64,000 nt of DNA from an uncultured bacterium (GTDB lineage Bacteria; Edwardsbacteria; AC1; EtOH8). This document shows positions 47,934 to 59,060 of the stretch, piece by piece. The number at the start of each line of letters is the position of its first letter. The first letter of the stretch is position 1. Below the pieces are notes generated by a model. It was not told the origin of the DNA, ran no database searches, and saw only the letters and a list, made by a program, of their open reading frames with translations. A program made the position numbers and the translations under genes. Location: positions 64,001 to 128,000 of the forward strand of contig CAWAAX010000027.1 of the NCBI GenBank assembly GCA_963780225.1, given 5' to 3'.

Positions 47934-49895
47934 TTATTTGATGATATTGGGAGTCAGGAATATCAATATCTCGCGTTTGGCGGTGGTGCTGCTGCTGGAA
48001 CGGAACAGCGCGCCGATCACCGGGATGTTCATCAGGATCGGCACCCCTTTGACCGATTTGCCGCCCTTGGTCTGCAACAGACCGCCTATGACCGCAGTCT
48101 CGCCGTCGTTGATCATAATCTGGGTGGTGGCCTCGTTGGTCAGGATGACCACCCCGCCCAGGATGGTGGCGGTAGCGTCCAGATCCGAGATCTCGGTCTT
48201 GACGTCCATGGTGATGTTCTGGGCCGAATTGATATGGGGGGTAACCGTCAGCACCATACCGATGGTGTACATCTGGGTCACGGTATTGCCGCTTTCATCT
48301 CTCAACGAGATAGGTATCTTTTTACCACCGACTATTTTGGCTTCCTTGTTGTTGGTGGCCGAGATCCTGGGGTTGGAGATGGTATTAGCCTTGCGGTTGG
48401 ACTCTAGGGCCGAGATAGTGGCATTCAACTGGGCAAAGGAGCGAATGGTGCCGACATTGACCCCGGGACGGTCTCCGGTGGGCAATAATTGCGGCACCTG
48501 AATCCCAGGATTTGTTCCTATGTTCTTGGTTTCCAGATTGGCGGCATAGCTTCCCACATTGGCCAAAGACCAGTTTATCCCCAGATCCTTGGTGGCATCC
48601 ATATCAACATCTATGATCCGGGCGATGATCTCCACCTGCTGGGTCGGAGTATCCAGCTGAACTATAAGGTTTCTGGCTTCCGCCTGTTTATCGGATACAT
48701 CGGTGATCACCAGGGCGTTGGTTCTTTTGTCAACCTGGATGCCGCCCCGGTCGCTTAATATTTTTTGGATGGAACCGGACAATTCGCTGGCCACGGCATA
48801 CTGAATGGGATAAACCACGGTCTTTAGTTCCACTCCCAGGCTGCGGCCGCGCACTTCCTCCTGCATTTTGGCCGGGGTTCCCACTCGAATGATGGTGGAA
48901 TCTTCGCCCCAGTCGGCTATCATGGCGGCCGATTTAACCATTTCGTTGAAGGCCATTACCCAGGGAACATCCTTTAAACGCATGCTGATGTTGCCCTTGA
49001 CATCGCCGCCGATGATCAGGTTGCAGTTGGCCAGCTGGGCCATTCCCCGCAACACCGCTACGATGTCGGAATTCTCTAAGTTCAAAGACACTTTCTTGCC
49101 AGCCAGGCCTCTTTTGCTCCTGGCGGGATAGGTAGGCGTCTTGGCAGCCACATAGACCGGCAGTGATGGTTGCATGGGGGTAACAGGCAAAGCCTGATAT
49201 TGCGGCGGAGCCGTCGGGGCCATTGGCGCAACAGGCATCTCTTCCACCACCGGAGGCGGAGTGGACGGAGTCTTGGGCGTGGCCAGCGGCGGCGGTGAAG
49301 GCATGGCCGGCTGTTCTACCACCGGGGCCGGAGTTGCCGGAACCGAAGGTGTTGGGGTTACTGGCACTGCCGGAGCCATAGGAGTTGGGGTCTCTTCCAT
49401 CACCGGGGTAACGCCGGGGGCATTCTGGGATGCAGCTGTCGCCGGCGCTGAAGCCACCTGCATTTCGGCAGTAGTGGCCTTCCATTCGGCAAACTGGGCG
49501 GTCTCCTTGGTGGTAAGCTTGATGACGATATCGCTTTCTTCGGTCATCAGAATATAAGAAGGCGATGAGGACATCTCTATCACCACCCTGGCAATTCCGC
49601 CCTCCCGGTCGAAATGGCTGGTGCTGATGGTATTGATGCCGCCCCGGTTCAGGTTCAGGGTCTTATTGCCGAATCCGATGGTGGCTCCCTTGATGTCCAG
49701 CACCAGGCGGTCCGGCTTGGTCAGGGTAAAATCCTTGGCATCCGGCACGTCATCGCAACTGATGACCACCTCGGTAACGCCCTCGAATTTCCTGACGACT
49801 ATGTCGTTGATCTTGATGGCCCAAACCGTTTGGCTTAAGGCCAGCACGGCCCCGGCAACCAGAGCCAGCCTGATTCCGATTTTGGATTTACTCAT
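47934..49895 (-). CDS. pilQ: Type IV pilus secretin PilQ (AMIN domain, Pro-rich linker)
   Basis: PDRLVLD AMIN motif, DKRTNALVI, DGETAVIGG, PILMNIPVIGALF, LIFLTP. Confidence 0.92.
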   Translation of the reverse strand: MSKSKIGIRLALVAGAVLALSQTVWAIKINDIVVRKFEGVTEVVISCDDVPDAKDFTLTKPDRLVLDIKGATIGFGNKTLNLNRGGINTISTSHFDREGGIARVVIEMSSSPSYILMTEESDIVIKLTTKETAQFAEWKATTAEMQVASAPATAASQNAPGVTPVMEETPTPMAPAVPVTPTPSVPATPAPVVEQPAMPSPPPLATPKTPSTPPPVVEEMPVAPMAPTAPPQYQALPVTPMQPSLPVYVAAKTPTYPARSKRGLAGKKVSLNLENSDIVAVLRGMAQLANCNLIIGGDVKGNISMRLKDVPWVMAFNEMVKSAAMIADWGEDSTIIRVGTPAKMQEEVRGRSLGVELKTVVYPIQYAVASELSGSIQKILSDRGGIQVDKRTNALVITDVSDKQAEARNLIVQLDTPTQQVEIIARIIDVDMDATKDLGINWSLANVGSYAANLETKNIGTNPGIQVPQLLPTGDRPGVNVGTIRSFAQLNATISALESNRKANTISNPRISATNNKEAKIVGGKKIPISLRDESGNTVTQMYTIGMVLTVTPHINSAQNITMDVKTEISDLDATATILGGVVILTNEATTQIMINDGETAVIGGLLQTKGGKSVKGVPILMNIPVIGALFRSSSSTTAKREILIFLTPNIIK

Positions 49896-49929
49896 TTGCT
49901 TCGCCTTTTTTATAGACTTTATATATCAT

Positions 49930-50460
49930 TTATTGGTTGATTCGCAAATCCTGGCTCTCCCGCATCAGCGGCAGGGAAAAATCTATCGGTTTCCCCTTTT
50001 CCACCTCCTGCCGGAACACTATGCTGGTGTCTTTGATGGCCACCACCCTTCCGCCTATCAGCTGGTCACCCTCCTGCACCACATACCCCACTCCCTGATT
50101 GTCGTGGACCAGGGCCAAACGCCCGTTAGGCCCCTCGATGATGCCGGTCAGGGAAATGTTGGAAATATCCAGCGTACCGATGCTATTCTCCCCGCTGCCT
50201 TCTCCCCGCTTTTGAACCACCGATTTAAACGGGTCGCGGGTGCCTTTCAGCGGATACTCATAGGTTTCGCTTTTTAAAAGGGTGTCTCCGGCCGGCGGCA
50301 AATTGACCGGAACCGCCTGCGTTCTGGGCATCGGAGCCGGAGTTGCCTGGCTGGGTGTCTTATCACCGGATTGGCAACCGCAGGCCAAGGCCAAGGCTGT
50401 CGCCAACGCCAGTAAATTAAGACTAGCTGGACCTCCTGGGTTTACCTGTATCTTTAGCAT
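49930..50460 (-). CDS. pilP: PilP-like lipoprotein
   Basis: Lipobox, RDPF, LTGII, GYVVQEGD; operon position. Confidence 0.8.
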   Translation of the reverse strand: MLKIQVNPGGPASLNLLALATALALACGCQSGDKTPSQATPAPMPRTQAVPVNLPPAGDTLLKSETYEYPLKGTRDPFKSVVQKRGEGSGENSIGTLDISNISLTGIIEGPNGRLALVHDNQGVGYVVQEGDQLIGGRVVAIKDTSIVFRQEVEKGKPIDFSLPLMRESQDLRINQ

Positions 50461-51034
50461 CTGATTTTACGCCTCCTGCTTTATTAAATACAAAAGCTTT
50501 TACCACAAAGTCTGCTTTTACTGTTTTAATTTTATCGTTATTGGGTAATACCTTGAGCTTGGCGGGAACGACTATCCGGTTTAAGCTGCCCAGATTGGCC
50601 ATAAAATCCCCCAACTGGCTATAGGAGCCGGTAACGCTTACATCCACCGTTAACACTGAAGACAATTTGGCATTCGGCGATGCCGTCAGGGCGCCGGGCT
50701 TAAAGGCGGTGAAACGGACCCCGGTTTTGATTCCGGCCTGGGTGATCTGACGCAACAGACTGGGAATGTCTTTTTCATCCGGTAAGAACTTTTCAGCCTG
50801 GCGCAGTTTTTTGCTCATGTTCTTCAATTCCATATTAAACTTGGTGGACTCACTGACCGCCGCATCCAACAGCCGAATCCCGGCCGCAAGCGAATCCAGC
50901 CTTACCTTGCGCTGGCTGAGGCGCTCGCCGGTAGGCTTGAAAGTCAAAAAATAGAACATGGCGGCGATGGCCAGGCTTAAAACCACCAATCCTATGGTGA
51001 TCTGGGTTTTTATGTCTTTGATATCGATGCTCAT
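50423..51034 (-). CDS. pilO: Type IV pilus protein PilO
   Basis: TM plus coiled coil, LPDEKDIPSLL, GSYSQLGDF...LNRIV. Confidence 0.9.
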   Translation of the reverse strand: MSIDIKDIKTQITIGLVVLSLAIAAMFYFLTFKPTGERLSQRKVRLDSLAAGIRLLDAAVSESTKFNMELKNMSKKLRQAEKFLPDEKDIPSLLRQITQAGIKTGVRFTAFKPGALTASPNAKLSSVLTVDVSVTGSYSQLGDFMANLGSLNRIVVPAKLKVLPNNDKIKTVKADFVVKAFVFNKAGGVKSDAKDTGKPRRSS

Positions 51035-51927
51035 TTATTCCCCTTTCCTCCGCCAATAAAAAGCGGCATCGGGTTGGACCAATCGGAACCAGCTGAAATA
51101 TAACTGTTATAGGCCTGTACCCGCCAAAAGTATTTTTTCCCCTCTTCCAGTCCCGAATTAACAGTAAAGCTGGTGGTATCTCCCAACCGCTGGTTGGCAA
51201 TAAGATTATTGAAGGAATCGCTGGCTGAAACACTTATGTTATAGTTGGTGGCCTGGCTGACCCGGCTCCAGCCTAAAGTCAGCTTGGCGGGCTGTTTGGG
51301 ATCCTGGGGCATTGCATATGAGGGGGAGGGCTTGGCAACTTCAGGGTTATAGTTTCCGGTTAAACTGAATTTTACCATCTCCCGGCCTTCGATGTCCGCC
51401 TTGGAGGTCTGGGTCAGTTCAATGCCGCTGAAGCAGCGGGAGGATTTAAGGTTATCCATCAGCTCCACCACTATCAGATTGGAGAAAGTGGAGCCTTCCA
51501 AGATAACTTTACCTTCATCCTCGGAAAGAAGTGTCAGCCATAGATAGTCCGGCAGACAGCGATCAACCACTTCCAGCAGCCGGGCCTCATAAAACCGCCC
51601 TTGGTTGATCAGGTTGACTTCGTTGAGTTTGGCTTCAACCTGATCTTTGTTGTTTTTAAGTTCCTGAACCTTGCTGTTGAGAATTTTAAGGCTGTCTATC
51701 TTCAGGCTGTCTCTTTTGATTTTTCCGTTGGTTATCCTGACATCGGTCTGCTGCCAGCCATAGGCAATGATCGAAGCCACTATCACCACTATAAAAAGCA
51801 AGGCCGACGCCACCATCCCCACGTTGAACGGAAGCCGGGGCAGGGCGAATTTAAAACCGGCGCCGGAGATGCGGGGAGCACCCACCTTGGCGATTTTCTG
51901 GTCGTGGATCAGATTGATCTGTATCAT
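51031..51927 (-). CDS. pilN: PilN with an additional C-terminal fibronectin III-like domain
   Basis: MIQINL, TM, LPDYLWLT; C-terminal W...ATNY...YFWRVQA...SDWS. Confidence 0.85.
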   Translation of the reverse strand: MIQINLIHDQKIAKVGAPRISGAGFKFALPRLPFNVGMVASALLFIVVIVASIIAYGWQQTDVRITNGKIKRDSLKIDSLKILNSKVQELKNNKDQVEAKLNEVNLINQGRFYEARLLEVVDRCLPDYLWLTLLSEDEGKVILEGSTFSNLIVVELMDNLKSSRCFSGIELTQTSKADIEGREMVKFSLTGNYNPEVAKPSPSYAMPQDPKQPAKLTLGWSRVSQATNYNISVSASDSFNNLIANQRLGDTTSFTVNSGLEEGKKYFWRVQAYNSYISAGSDWSNPMPLFIGGGKGNK

Positions 51928-52977
51928 TTATTTTACCTCCCTTAAACCCAAGCCCACCGCCAAAGTTAACATGGGAGCAATCCGCTCGGCCCCGGTGGCC
52001 CCGAACAGGTTGGGATCATAGGAAATATTCTTCAATGGATTGATGATCTCCACCGGAATCCCAAATTTCTCCTTTAAATGTTCCTGCAGTGAAGGAATCA
52101 GAGCCCCGCCTCCGGAAAGGAATATCCGGCTCATTTTATCGCTGCCGCCCGACATGGCCAAAAACGAAAGGGTGCGCTCAATTGAACCGGCAAAATCCGA
52201 GGCAAAGCTGGCAAAGACCTCGCTGGCTGATTCCGGGCTAACGTCGGCCACGTTCTCGCCTTTGGTCAGTTCGGAGGCCTGGTCGTAGGATATCCCCAGG
52301 TTTTTCTGGATCAGCTGCAGGCAGGCGTTGCCGCCTATCGGCAGGTCGCGGGTAAAATGCGGTATCTTGTTCTTTATGAAATTGATGCTGGTGCCATCGG
52401 CGCCGATATGCACTATGGCCACCATCTCATCCGCCGGGATGTCGTAGTTGGCTTCAAAGGCGTTCTGAACGGCGAAGGCCCCGAAATCCATGATCACCGG
52501 AAAGAGGCCGGCCCCGCTTAACAGGTCCAGATGGCTGTTGATGGTGTCGTTCTTGGCGGCGATCAGCAGCACTTCCATCTGATTATTGCCCAGATCCGGG
52601 TTCAGTATCTGAAAATCCAGCACCACGTCGGAGATCTCGAACGGCACATGCTGCTCGGCCTCCCATTTGATCCGCTCCTTGGCCTCCGACTCCTTAAGTT
52701 TGTCCATGGTGATCCGCTTGACGATGACCCCGCGCCCGGAAACCGCCGCCACCACCTCGTTGCCTTTGACCTTGTGGGTCTCGAAAAGGCCCTTAATGGT
52801 GTCGATGACCAGGGTCCGGTCCATGATTTCGCCTTCCACAATGGCCTCGGGCAGTAAGGGAGCGGAACCATAGTTCGTCAGGGTGATCCCTTTGCCGGTC
52901 TTTTGGATCTCGACGAACTTTATCTGGTTGCTTCCTATGTCCAGGCCAAGGGTGGCTGCTTTTTTACCGAAGAACAT
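51928..52977 (-). CDS. pilM: Type IV pilus assembly protein PilM
   Basis: GLDIGS..IK, EAEQHVPF, LDFQ, LSGGGA, AVGLGLR. Confidence 0.94.
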   Translation of the reverse strand: MFFGKKAATLGLDIGSNQIKFVEIQKTGKGITLTNYGSAPLLPEAIVEGEIMDRTLVIDTIKGLFETHKVKGNEVVAAVSGRGVIVKRITMDKLKESEAKERIKWEAEQHVPFEISDVVLDFQILNPDLGNNQMEVLLIAAKNDTINSHLDLLSGAGLFPVIMDFGAFAVQNAFEANYDIPADEMVAIVHIGADGTSINFIKNKIPHFTRDLPIGGNACLQLIQKNLGISYDQASELTKGENVADVSPESASEVFASFASDFAGSIERTLSFLAMSGGSDKMSRIFLSGGGALIPSLQEHLKEKFGIPVEIINPLKNISYDPNLFGATGAERIAPMLTLAVGLGLREVK

Positions 52978-53035
52978 TTAACTATCCCTCTTATTTAATG
53001 TGTTCATTTGAGGAACCCATTATATTATAAAAAAT

Positions 53036-53221
53036 TTACTCGCCTATGAATTTCTGGATCTCGGTGCCCTTGATCAGCCAGCGCTGTCCGATTTTTTTGC
53101 CGATCAGGCCTTTTTGGCAAAGGTGCTTGCGCACTGTTTGGTCGGTAACGGCCAAAATGCGGGCGGTCTCGGTGACCGTGTAAAGCTTGGCGGAATCTAT
53201 ATCTTTTGGTGATACCGGCAT
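53036..53221 (-). CDS. Small excisionase-type helix-turn-helix protein
   Basis: YTVTETARILAV..QTVR...G.KIG.RWLI; RBS GAGGGA. Confidence 0.8.
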   Translation of the reverse strand: MPVSPKDIDSAKLYTVTETARILAVTDQTVRKHLCQKGLIGKKIGQRWLIKGTEIQKFIGE

Positions 53222-53358
53222 ATGTCCCTCGATAAGATGAGTGAGCTATGATTAACTATATATGATTATGCATTGACGTCCTCTTTGCCATTTTATTATA
53301 ATTGTAGGTAGTTTGTCAAGAGAAATTTTAAAAAAAATAAAAAAAATAAATTTTTCTC

Positions 53359-53387
53359 TTGACAGAACGGCTAACCTGCAATATACT
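53359..53387 (+). promoter_or_regulatory. Sigma70 promoter with AT-rich upstream tract; a divergent promoter lies at 53290-53319
   Basis: TTGACA-17-TATACT; minus strand TTGACA-18-TAAAAT. Confidence 0.7.
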
Positions 53388-53463
53388 ACTCTATTGTAAG
53401 GGCTTTTTTAAGTAATACCACAACTACCGAAAATTAATAAAAAAATTTAAGGGAGGTTTATTC

Positions 53464-53904
53464 ATGCAAAAGCAACCTTTTATCGGTTTAACCTTGGTAG
53501 TAGCCCTGATTACCCTGGTCATTATGGGCTGCAGCACCATCTACCCGGCGCCAGAGGTAAAGGTCACCGGCATTACCCCGCTAAGCCCCGGGGGCAAGGA
53601 TACGGTCGTTACCATTACTTTTGAAAGCAAAAACAAGATGGATGCGATCATTACCACGCAACAGGAAACACTGATCGGCCCCGGCATAACTCCGATCATC
53701 ATAGATTCCGAACCAGTTCATTATTCTTTTTTCATCAGCGGCACCACCACGGCCACTTTGTCCATTACTTATACCAATGCGGCCATAGCCGCGCTGGCCG
53801 CTTCGGTGGGGGGATCGCCGGCTACGCTGTGGTATAAATTCTCCGGGGCAGATGCCTACGGGTATGACAAAACATTCATTGACTCTGTCTCAATAAGTTT
53901 ATAA
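53464..53904 (+). CDS. Hypothetical lipoprotein
   Basis: RBS GGGAGG; lipobox IMGC; beta-strand-like Thr-rich sequence. Confidence 0.75.
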   Translation: MQKQPFIGLTLVVALITLVIMGCSTIYPAPEVKVTGITPLSPGGKDTVVTITFESKNKMDAIITTQQETLIGPGITPIIIDSEPVHYSFFISGTTTATLSITYTNAAIAALAASVGGSPATLWYKFSGADAYGYDKTFIDSVSISL

Positions 53905-53930
53905 AATTTTAGCCGGAGCCAAAGGACTGT

Positions 53931-53961
53931 ACCCCCGCTGGATAAATCCAGCGGGGGTTTT
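53931..53961 (+). terminator. Terminator after the lipoprotein gene
   Basis: ACCCCCGCTGGAT-AA-ATCCAGCGGGGGTTTT. Confidence 0.75.
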
Positions 53962-54014
53962 ATTTAGCAACAGGCCGGTTTTCAAATCAGCTTCTAAACA
54001 CCGCCCACTGTAAA

Positions 54015-54055
54015 CAGAAGAACCCCGCCGTCCTTGGACGGCGGGGTTCTTCTGT
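54015..54055 (-). terminator. groEL terminator
   Basis: AGAAGAACCCCGCCGTCC-TT-GGACGGCGGGGTTCTTCT. Confidence 0.8.
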
Positions 54056-54109
54056 AGGCTATTCCTTTGCCCTCTCCTAAATCATTAGGAGAGGGTTGGG
54101 TGAGGTCGT

Positions 54110-55762
<1,653 letters not shown>

Positions 55763-55795
55763 TTATTAAAAATATTTATTGCTTTTAGTAATTCC

Positions 55796-55875
55796 GCCAC
55801 AAAGACACTAAGGCACCAATATCTCGCAATAAGGAATATACAATTCTTGTTTTTGTGTCTTAGCGCCTTGGTGGC
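55796..55875. repeat. 80-bp arm-conserved palindromic element
   Basis: GCCACAAAGACACTAAGGCAC...GTGTCTTAGCGCCTTGGTGGC; sister of 32181-32260. Confidence 0.75.
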
Positions 55876-55896
55876 AAATCAATTAGATTTAGGATT

Positions 55897-56196
55897 TCAG
55901 CCGATCACCGCCAGAATGTCGTCGGCGTTCATGATCAGATATTCCACGTCGCCGATCTTGACCTCGGTGCCGGAATATTTTCCATAGAGCACCTTGTCGC
56001 CGGTTTTAAGGTCCATGGCCATGCGGGTGCCGCTGTCGGAGATCTTGCCCGGGCCGGCGGCCACCACTTCGCCCTCCATGGGCTTTTCCTTGACCGTGTC
56101 AGGGATTATGATACCGCCCTTTTTGGTCTCTTTGACTTCCGACGGCTTTACCAACACCCGGTCGCCCAACGGCTTGATATTGGATAAGGTAGACAT
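55897..56196 (-). CDS. groES: Co-chaperonin GroES
   Basis: IKPLGDRVLV, GGIIIPDT.KEKP, VLYGKYSGTEV. Confidence 0.98.
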   Translation of the reverse strand: MSTLSNIKPLGDRVLVKPSEVKETKKGGIIIPDTVKEKPMEGEVVAAGPGKISDSGTRMAMDLKTGDKVLYGKYSGTEVKIGDVEYLIMNADDILAVIG

Positions 56197-56293
56197 AAGC
56201 TTTAAACCCTCCTAAGTACTTAATGGTTGATATTTGATTTTCTGTTATTACACGGCTACCAATAAAAATATATAACACCTTGCAAAGCAAAGC

Positions 56294-56323
56294 ATTATAT
56301 ATTTGTAAGAGCGACTATGTCAA
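56294..56323 (-). promoter_or_regulatory. Putative groESL sigma70 promoter
   Basis: TTGACA-18-TATAAT on the minus strand. Confidence 0.7.
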
Positions 56324-56573
56324 TGCAGATTATTGCAGTCTATAATTATAATCAATTTCGCCTTAAAATTCAAGCCCTAAATACGGATCAAATCTTTTGG
56401 GACGCAGATTTCCGCTGATACCCGCTGATTATTTTTTAACTCTTTGCCCACAAAAAATTCACTATAACCTTGTATTAATAATGGACCAACAAATCTTTTT
56501 AAAATAGGCCTGGTTAACATGATTAATATGATTTAAATTACAATAAAATCATGTAAATCCTGTCTTTGCCTGG

Positions 56574-57851
56574 TTAGAATCTATATACCAGCGAAGCCCT
56601 GGTGAACGGCCAATCCTTGCTACCACTGGCAATGTTTCCCCCGGAATAGATCTGCTTGGGGTTAAGCATCAGGTCCATGGTAAATCCCCGCATTTTTAGG
56701 GCCAGGCCCAAGTTCAGTTCATAAGGCTGGGTAACTGTTTTGGTCACCAGTATGGTATTATCAAAAAAATCGGAGGTACTGCTTTGGGATAATATCTTCT
56801 TTTCGGCGCCCAGCCGTACCGTCAGCCAGCCGGTTAAATTGGCTTCCACCCCGGCGGTGATGGCCGGATAGCTGGCCGTTGTTTTTTCCTGCCGGGTGTG
56901 ATAGACCAGCGAATCGTTTATTTTTATGTTCTGATACCCATAACCCAGCCCGGCCAGCAGGGTCATTCTGTTATCCGGCCGGAACTGCCAGCCGCATCCC
57001 AAGAACAGGCCGGTGCTTTGATTTGTTCCCCCGGCGGTCACCAGAGTATAGTTCTTGGCGTAATCGTAACCCAGATCGAAATAACTGAAATTGATCAGTG
57101 GCACCAGCACCATCTCTTCATTTAGGCTCAAGAACGCCCGGCTGGAAAATGCCAGATAACCCAGCCCCTTGGAATTCATTGATTCGGTTGAATCCAGCAG
57201 GGAAAGGGTATAGCTGCTTTCAAACGACAGCTTACTGTAACTAAGCCCGGCATCGACTCTGATGGCATCGCTGGGCTCGTAGCCCAGGCCCAGGGTCAGT
57301 CCGGTGACCAAGCAGGAAGCCAAGTTCTCTACATTGGAATATGAGTAACTGCTTTGACCAAAGGAATGCTCGACTCTGGCGCCGGCGGTCCACTCGCCTA
57401 ATTTGCGGGCGTATATCAGGCCGTACTCCGAGCCCAGTTCCGGGATCAACGGCAGGTTAAGGCCCTGGCCGTTATCCTTGATCTTGTCTATCAGGTTAAT
57501 ACCAATGCCCAGGGTATCCACAAAAGGATTAATGTAGTTGATTAAACTCTGAGCGGCATCCGAGCGGTAATTGACCGCCAGCCCTATGACCCCAAAGGTC
57601 TGTTCCCGGTTGGCATAGGTCAACAGCACCGAGCTTTGCCCGGTTATCTGACTGCTGTCAGGACTCAGGTCCACTATAGCCGCCCGGTAATAGAACGGGG
57701 CCAGCGAAGGCTGGTTGAACATATCCTGGTCATCCAGCGTGAAAGCTGAAATGCCTGGCAGACTCTCCTGCCGGGTGGCGGTGGCCTGCGCCTGGCCAAA
57801 GGCGGCCAGGACAATCAACAGAACTAAAATAATGTTGAATTTGATCTTCAT
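56574..57851 (-). CDS. Putative outer-membrane beta-barrel protein
   Basis: Signal peptide, alternating amphipathic strands, C-terminal Y-x-F. Confidence 0.7.
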   Translation of the reverse strand: MKIKFNIILVLLIVLAAFGQAQATATRQESLPGISAFTLDDQDMFNQPSLAPFYYRAAIVDLSPDSSQITGQSSVLLTYANREQTFGVIGLAVNYRSDAAQSLINYINPFVDTLGIGINLIDKIKDNGQGLNLPLIPELGSEYGLIYARKLGEWTAGARVEHSFGQSSYSYSNVENLASCLVTGLTLGLGYEPSDAIRVDAGLSYSKLSFESSYTLSLLDSTESMNSKGLGYLAFSSRAFLSLNEEMVLVPLINFSYFDLGYDYAKNYTLVTAGGTNQSTGLFLGCGWQFRPDNRMTLLAGLGYGYQNIKINDSLVYHTRQEKTTASYPAITAGVEANLTGWLTVRLGAEKKILSQSSTSDFFDNTILVTKTVTQPYELNLGLALKMRGFTMDLMLNPKQIYSGGNIASGSKDWPFTRASLVYRF

Positions 57852-57992
57852 TTTCCCTCGTAATTATTAACATTAAAACCCGTCATCTGATTATTGTATC
57901 ACAGGAAAGACATAAAATCCATAATATTTTTAAAGGCCGTTTACGGCAACAATCACAACCATGATCCGGGCAGCAAATTCAGAGCCAAAATA

Positions 57993-58024
57993 AAAAAGGC
58001 GGCCTTTAAATAAGCCGCCTTTTT
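57993..58024 (-). terminator. Terminator after the response regulators
   Basis: AAAAAGGCGGC...GCCGCCTTTTT. Confidence 0.75.
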
Positions 58025-58029
58025 GACCG

Positions 58030-58413
58030 TCAGCCGATCAGCTCTTTTATTTTACTGGAAAGTTCCGCCATTTTAAACGGCTTGGTAATGTAATGATCGG
58101 CGCCGGCCGAAAGTCCGGTTTCAATATCCTTGCCCGAAGTTTTAGCGGTAACCATTATCACTTTTATGCCCATGGTCAGCGGATCATTTTTTATCCGGCG
58201 GCAGAGTTCAAACCCGTCCAGGCCCGGCATCATCACATCCAGCACCGCCAGCTCGGGCAGCAATTTGCGGACCTGGCTTAAAGCGACCAGCCCATCCGAA
58301 GCCTGGATGACCTCATAGTTATCCCGGGCCAGCAGTTCGGAGATCAAAAACAGCACGTTGCGGTCATCATCAACCACCAATATTTTTTTAAGGTTCACTG
58401 CAGTTTCACTCAT
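58030..58413 (-). CDS. Single-domain response regulator
   Basis: ILVVDDD, LDVMMPGLDG, VTA, TKPF. Confidence 0.92.
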   Translation of the reverse strand: MSETAVNLKKILVVDDDRNVLFLISELLARDNYEVIQASDGLVALSQVRKLLPELAVLDVMMPGLDGFELCRRIKNDPLTMGIKVIMVTAKTSGKDIETGLSAGADHYITKPFKMAELSSKIKELIG

Positions 58414-58453
58414 AGTTATTAATTATACTCCACTTTATCTTCAATTACAACCA

Positions 58454-58831
58454 TCATTTTTGGGGTTGTTCGCCGGAATCAAGTATTTCCTTGACTTTGT
58501 TTTTGAAATCATCCAGGTTTACCGGCTTGGTGATATAAGCGGCAATGTTAGAAGTGCCAACGACATAATCATCCTGCAAATGCTTAAAAGCCGAGCAAAC
58601 TATTACCGGAAAGTCCTTTTTCAGTTCCCTGATCTTCTGGATCAGATCCAAACCGTTAATGTCCGGCATTTTAATATCAAACACCGCCAGATCAAAGTCC
58701 TCCTTTAGTATCTTCCTTAAGGCCTCCCGGCCGCTGGCCACCGCCGTTACCTGGTAACCCTCTTCGCTCAAAACCGCCTCCATCAGAAGCCTGATGTTGG
58801 CTTCGTCATCGGCTACAATGATGCGTTTCAT
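58454..58831 (-). CDS. Single-domain response regulator
   Basis: IIVADDE, FDIKMPDING, CSA, TKP; RBS AAGGAG before ATG 58831. Confidence 0.9.
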   Translation of the reverse strand: MKRIIVADDEANIRLLMEAVLSEEGYQVTAVASGREALRKILKEDFDLAVFDIKMPDINGLDLIQKIRELKKDFPVIVCSAFKHLQDDYVVGTSNIAAYITKPVNLDDFKNKVKEILDSGEQPQK

Positions 58832-58877
58832 GTTGGTGCTCCTTGGTTGTATTTTGAAAGTAGTAAAGTGCACTTAG

Positions 58878-58933
58878 AGCTATAAGCTATAAGCTATAAG
58901 CTATAAGCTATAAGCTATAAGCTATAAGCCGTA
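58878..58933. repeat. Heptamer tandem repeat (AGCTATA)7 plus a degenerate unit
   Basis: Directly visible. Confidence 0.95.
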
Positions 58934-59060
58934 AGCTGTCCGCTGTATCCCTGTAATTAAGATGGTCTGCGAGTTTGCCTGGCAAAGCAATCCATTTTTT
59001 TGTTAGACTGCTTCACCTGCCCGGCAAGTGTGTTTTCTCGCAGTGACTCGATTGTTAAAA

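Noticed and set aside
53036..53221. Prophage or integrative element marked by the excisionase-like gene
   Set aside because: No integrase, phage genes or att-like repeats nearby
56197..56330. CIRCE operator upstream of groES
   Set aside because: No TTAGCACTC-N9-GAGTGCTAA match seen
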